Source of the DNA: a virus
Taxonomy: Duplodnaviria > Caudoviricetes
IMG/VR virus record: IMGVR_UViG_3300035208_001913
Span: 1-64,000 of that record
Direction: 5' to 3' (one strand)
DNA length: 64,000 nucleotides
Below the pieces are notes generated by a model. It ran no database searches, was not told the DNA's origin, and saw only the letters and a list, made by a program, of their open reading frames with translations. Shown here in pieces: positions 60,122 through 64,000 of this stretch (position 1 is the stretch's first letter; each line of letters starts with the position of its first letter). The translations under genes were made by a program, and so were the position numbers.

Positions 60122-60506
60122 ACACTTTTATTCATATAAACATCTATTTATTACTTATTATAATACTATTATATATAAGCATTAGTTGTGATATAGCCTA
60201 TTATAGTCCTTTACATTGGATGTGCTGCGCACTAATATTGAATAGAGTTATATTACATTAGTTATGTACTACTATATATTGTTATAAAAGGCTATAGATG
60301 TATATAATAGTATAATTATAATATTGTGTGTAGTAATATACTATATGATAATATGATTGGTTGTTTATCTTAAATGGGTTAATACGTAAGTTGTTTATTT
60401 ATTATTATGGTAGTAGATATCAGAATGATATTTATGTTTGTTCGATTCCAATAATAGTGGCTAAAATTTAGAGCTGGTGGCAACAGTGTAATTCAGCGTA
60501 TATAAT

Positions 60507-60671
60507 ATGAATATTTTATATGTAAAAAAAGTAGGTGATGGATTAAATTATAGGGATATATATTCTTTTGATTTATATTCATTTAATGATTTATTTGATA
60601 AGATAACTGAAGGCTTAACAGTTAAGATACTAACTGAAAAGGAATTAAATGATATGAAAGGAGGTGCATAA
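60507..60671 (+). CDS. 54-aa hypothetical protein (not in ORF track)
   Basis: MNILYVKKVGDGLNYRDIYS...KGGA*; TAATG overlap with the next ORF. Confidence 0.55.
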   Translation: MNILYVKKVGDGLNYRDIYSFDLYSFNDLFDKITEGLTVKILTEKELNDMKGGA

Positions 60672-60802
60672 TGTTTGGTGATTTTGATGTATATGATAAT
60701 GAGTGTACTGCTTGTTCAGCTAGTGATGCTCAGTTTGAAGCATGGATTGATAGACGTATTACAAAATGGCGAAAACTTTATTATAGATTACGTAAAAGGT
60801 AA
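60671..60802 (+). CDS. 43-aa hypothetical protein with CxxC (not in ORF track)
   Basis: MFGDFDVYDNECTACSASDAQFEAWIDRRITKWRKLYYRLRKR*; TAATG overlaps at both ends. Confidence 0.55.
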   Translation: MFGDFDVYDNECTACSASDAQFEAWIDRRITKWRKLYYRLRKR

Positions 60803-61011
60803 TGATAGAGAACTTTATTCTTAATGAAGAGGACTTGGCTCCGCTCTTAAATGAGTGGGGCTTAGATGTATTAATATATGATTTTAGAGAGAATTTCATG
60901 AGTTCTATTATGTATATAGGACATGATATAAGCATATTGCTGGCTTTATGGAAGAGTCAGTTACTTGAAGCATATTATAATAACTGCAATCAATTACGAT
61001 TGGCAGTGTAA
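60802..61011 (+). CDS. Hypothetical protein
   Basis: 69 aa; coupled to upstream ORF. Confidence 0.55.
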   Translation: MIENFILNEEDLAPLLNEWGLDVLIYDFRENFMSSIMYIGHDISILLALWKSQLLEAYYNNCNQLRLAV

Positions 61012-61078
61012 TGTATAAGAGAATGATGAGCACACGATTAAACAGCTTAAACTACTGCTGTGCTTGTTGTTCTCTTTA

Positions 61079-61150
61079 AGATATATATTGTAATGGAAGC
61101 ATGACACTCTTTGAAGTGTTAGTATCTGGTTCGAGTCCAGATTATATCAC
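61079..61150 (+). tRNA. Atypical tRNA-Gln(TTG)-like element
   Basis: Acceptor AGATATA/TATATCA, D-loop TAATGGAAG, anticodon arm ACACT-CTTTGA-AGTGT, T-arm ATCTGG-TTCGAGT-CCAGAT; several non-canonical features. Confidence 0.6.
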
Positions 61151-61189
61151 AAATTTAATACTAATTATTAATTTAAAATATAAAATAAA

Positions 61190-61345
61190 ATGAAAACAAA
61201 ATTTGCAATAACAAATAAAGCAACAGGTTTTATTGTTGCTTTACTTGAAAACTTTGTGCATGTTGATTTGCATGAAGATTTTGAATTATGCCAAATTAAT
61301 GAAAACTGCCATATTGAGGGTGAATTTTTGATTTGGGATAATTAA
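61190..61345 (+). CDS. 51-aa acidic hypothetical protein (not in ORF track)
   Basis: MKTKFAITNKATGFIVALLENF...LIWDN*; A-rich initiation context. Confidence 0.6.
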   Translation: MKTKFAITNKATGFIVALLENFVHVDLHEDFELCQINENCHIEGEFLIWDN

Positions 61346-61362
61346 AAAATAAATAACAATAT

Positions 61363-61518
61363 AATCTCTTATCCTTCTACTAAACGTTCTTTTAGTTATT
61401 ATTCACATAAGAATCAATTATTTAATAACTTTATATAAATATTGATTATGTCTGTTAACAGAACTATTATCAATTAAAAACTTGTGGGTAATGTAGAAGT
61501 GATAAGAGATTTTTTTTT
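61363..61518 (+). ncRNA. Candidate structured non-coding RNA
   Basis: 18-bp closing stem AATCTCTTATCCTTCTAC / GTAGAAG(T)GATAAGAGATT with internal hairpins, followed by a T-run. Confidence 0.5.
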
Positions 61519-61598
61519 ATTGCCTTAGATGGTACATCTGTTCGTTCAGAGATAAGGCACAAATAGCAATAATGCTATCTAATTAAAAACAAATTACA

Positions 61599-61787
61599 AT
61601 GAAGGTATTAAGATTTAAAAATGCTTTAGAAAGACTTAAAGCACAACTTACATCTGGAGTAAAAACAGATAAAAAAGAACAAGTAGGACAAAAGAAGTAC
61701 AATACTGTTCCTCTTACTGATTCTGATAAAAAAAGAATTGAAAAAGAAATTGTTATTCTTGAAGAAAAGATTAAAAAATTTAATTAA
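61599..61787 (+). CDS. Small basic hypothetical protein
   Basis: 62 aa helical hairpin. Confidence 0.7.
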   Translation: MKVLRFKNALERLKAQLTSGVKTDKKEQVGQKKYNTVPLTDSDKKRIEKEIVILEEKIKKFN

Positions 61788-61801
61788 AATAAACTATAAT
61801 T

Positions 61802-62272
61802 ATGTATATAATTAACTTTTTAAACGAGCAACAAAAAGTTGCTATACAGGAACAAATCGACAAATTCGGTTTAGTACTTGTATCTAATGCTGTTACTAAA
61901 GAACAGTATATAATAAATAAAGCTAATAATAAGAAAGCTTTATTAGTTGTAAAACCTGATGGTAGTCTATGGCTTTGTCGTGGTATGCGACAGAATCATA
62001 AGGATTGGGATAACTTTACTGAATGGCTTACAAAATTAAATGATTATTTGGTTATTGTACCTAATAATTTATGGAGTGATGAATGTGCTAAAGGAACACA
62101 TAATCATCCTTTTAATTTACTATTATTCCTTGAAAAGCATAAAATAGAAGAAACAAAAATTGTTAGAGCGATAAATGTGTTTAATCAGAAATACAAATTA
62201 TTATCTGATATGCCACTAAAAGCAATGAAATCTTCTTACCTTAGTATCCTAAAAGAAAAAGAATTAGTATGA
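61802..62272 (+). CDS. Hypothetical protein
   Basis: 156 aa ORF in operon. Confidence 0.7.
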   Translation: MYIINFLNEQQKVAIQEQIDKFGLVLVSNAVTKEQYIINKANNKKALLVVKPDGSLWLCRGMRQNHKDWDNFTEWLTKLNDYLVIVPNNLWSDECAKGTHNHPFNLLLFLEKHKIEETKIVRAINVFNQKYKLLSDMPLKAMKSSYLSILKEKELV

Positions 62273-62493
62273 CAGAAATAATTAAACAAAACAGTTTAAT
62301 ACATCCACTTAGTATAAACTATTGTGGTGTATATGCGAAACGTCTTAGCCTATCACAGGCTGATGTTTTGCGAATCCTTAATCGTAAAGCTATAAAATAT
62401 CAAAAGGATTTTATTGATGCTGCTATGCGTTTTAAACGCAAACAATGTCTTAAAATAATTAATCAGTTCACAAAACAACTAAACTTAAATTAA
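62269..62493 (+). CDS. Hypothetical protein
   Basis: 74 aa, ATGA overlap. Confidence 0.6.
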   Translation: MTEIIKQNSLIHPLSINYCGVYAKRLSLSQADVLRILNRKAIKYQKDFIDAAMRFKRKQCLKIINQFTKQLNLN

Positions 62494-62494
62494 A

Positions 62495-62812
62495 ATGAGT
62501 ATTTTCAATTTTCTAAAAAGAAAACCGAAGATTGTTGAGCCTATCATTAAAGTAGACCCTAACCAAAAAGTAGTAAAACAATTCTTTATTGATTACTTTA
62601 AAAGAAAGGAAATTGATGAGCAATGGTGGGGTATAAGTAAAATCACTGTTATAACGTTTGATAAAGGCGTTAAGGTTATTGTAGAACTTGCAAGGCCCGG
62701 ATTGTTAATCGGAAAAGCAGGACATAATGTTCGTGCTTTATCTGCGGAATTAGAAGCAATTATTGGATTGCCTGTAACCTTTACTACTCATATGGTAAGT
62801 GTATGGAATTAA
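62495..62812 (+). CDS. Type II KH-domain protein resembling the ribosomal protein uS3 N-terminal domain
   Basis: GISKITV...VKVIVELARPGLLIGKAG matches uS3 GIS.V.I...V.I.TARPG.VIGK.G. Confidence 0.8.
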   Translation: MSIFNFLKRKPKIVEPIIKVDPNQKVVKQFFIDYFKRKEIDEQWWGISKITVITFDKGVKVIVELARPGLLIGKAGHNVRALSAELEAIIGLPVTFTTHMVSVWN

Positions 62813-63054
62813 GTTCAATTGACCTATTAATATTAAAATCTGAAACGATAGAGAAGATAAAAGATATTCAATATCGTTTCGGATTACTTTCTTCTGAGTT
62901 TATTCTATCAACAGATTCAGAAGTTATAGAAAATAATGTAGGACACAATGTTTATATAGCAAAACAAATTACTGTTCTTACCCAATCATTGGATAATGAA
63001 TATAAAAATTTAAAATATTATCAAAAACAAATTAAGGAGATAAAACAATGTTAG
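62803..63054 (+). CDS. Coiled-coil hypothetical protein
   Basis: 83 aa ORF in operon. Confidence 0.6.
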   Translation: MELSSIDLLILKSETIEKIKDIQYRFGLLSSEFILSTDSEVIENNVGHNVYIAKQITVLTQSLDNEYKNLKYYQKQIKEIKQC

Positions 63055-63470
63055 TAAAACCTTTTATTCAAGTATTATTTAAAAATTGGTTACTCATAAT
63101 AATAATAATGCTTTTTCTTATTATTCCATTTATCATTATGGATATATACGGATTATCCTTATGGTTTCCTGTGCTTACTGTACTGTTATATATTATTCTT
63201 ATAGTATGTTATACTATAATTAAATGTAGTGGTATTGCAAGCAGACATGAAGAAGAAATAGAAAGAAACTATTATGGCAAATGTATTTGTAAAGTATCTA
63301 AATATAAATGCAATTTTGGTATACTATCTATTGATACACATGAATGTCTTTTTCGCAAAGGATATATCTATGAACAAGCTAATAGAGAAAAAGAATTTAG
63401 CCTTATTGATGATTTAGATTATATTGTTATTATTCCGGTTGAATTAAGAAAACATTTTAATTTAGTTTAA
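63048..63470 (+). CDS. Membrane protein (two TM helices, Cys-containing soluble domain)
   Basis: Two long hydrophobic segments at the N-terminus. Confidence 0.6.
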   Translation: MLVKPFIQVLFKNWLLIIIIMLFLIIPFIIMDIYGLSLWFPVLTVLLYIILIVCYTIIKCSGIASRHEEEIERNYYGKCICKVSKYKCNFGILSIDTHECLFRKGYIYEQANREKEFSLIDDLDYIVIIPVELRKHFNLV

Positions 63471-63472
63471 TT

Positions 63473-63838
63473 ATGAAAGGAACTAAAATACTTAAGGATA
63501 TCATTAAAGATATTCTTATAGCTTCAGACAATGCTAAAGATTGTGATTATACTCTTTATAATATTTACCTTAATATAATTGGAGTAGAATCTTGGTTATA
63601 TACTTTAAGTTGGTGGTTACAAGTACAAAAAAATGGAGGTTATACTGTTGATAATAAATACATAGCCTGTATAAGTGTCGTATCCAGACGTCGTAGGGAG
63701 CTTCAAAAAGAGTTTCCTGAGTTACAAGGTACTAAGTACTATAAGAGACAAGAACAACTTCAACAACAAGCTCTGTTAGATACAGGGTATGAAAATAAAA
63801 TGACTATACTTGGTATAGATAAAGGTACAACACCTTAA
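63473..63838 (+). CDS. Hypothetical protein
   Basis: 121 aa; KDCDYTL, SRRRRELQKEFPEL. Confidence 0.7.
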   Translation: MKGTKILKDIIKDILIASDNAKDCDYTLYNIYLNIIGVESWLYTLSWWLQVQKNGGYTVDNKYIACISVVSRRRRELQKEFPELQGTKYYKRQEQLQQQALLDTGYENKMTILGIDKGTTP

Positions 63839-63859
63839 ATTATTAATAAAATATTTATC

Positions 63860-64000
63860 ATGAGAAAAGTAATAAATTTTGAAAAAGACAATTGTGAAGT
63901 AATCACATTAGAAGAACTCAAAGAAACATGTAGTTTAAGCGACTACAAGGGACATAAGCCAAAGGCAAAACCGCTTGAACATTATGAGCTTATAGAAACA
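63860..64000 (+). CDS. 5' part of a possible DUF932/DUF3871-like protein (truncated)
   Basis: MRKVINFEKDNCEVITLEELKET...PLEHYELIET, open to window end. Confidence 0.4.
   Translation, partial: MRKVINFEKDNCEVITLEELKETCSLSDYKGHKPKAKPLEHYELIET

Noticed and set aside
61021-61075. Hammerhead ribozyme (TGATGAG followed by stems)
   Set aside because: Core lacks the C of CUGAUGA and there is no properly placed GAAA
1-64000. Stop-codon reassignment (TAG or TGA), known in some crAss-like phages
   Set aside because: Genes, including a 20-kb ORF, are intact and tile densely under the standard code; TGA is used as stop in ATGA overlaps; the tRNA-like element is not a suppressor

Overview
AT-rich, gene-dense segment of a crAss-like (Crassvirales-type) podovirus, probably infecting a Bacteroidota host, read with the standard genetic code. 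From about 59.1 kb down to 0.4 kb the minus strand carries the late/virion arm. In order it has a small regulator and GroES-like chaperonin, HNH and GIY-YIG nucleases, a methyltransferase plus three glycosyltransferases, large terminase, portal, cargo proteins, scaffold-like protein, major and auxiliary capsid proteins, ring proteins and the muzzle/stabilisation protein. These are followed by a single 6650-aa virion RNA polymerase polyprotein, tail hub/fibre genes and a holin/M23 lysis cassette. After a C-run-rich strand switch at about 59.2-59.3 kb, the plus strand carries small early-type genes, an atypical tRNA-Gln-like element and other structured non-coding elements. The most notable observations are the polymerase-helicase-zincin polyprotein with a DYDND active site, a promoter-bearing glycosylation cassette in the late arm, a circularly permuted Fib_succ_major domain, two micropeptides in the lysis cassette, a motif shared by three cargo proteins, a ribosomal-S3-like KH protein and a cluster of tRNA-like/structured RNAs. 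All family assignments come from motifs recognised by eye plus synteny; no database searches were run.
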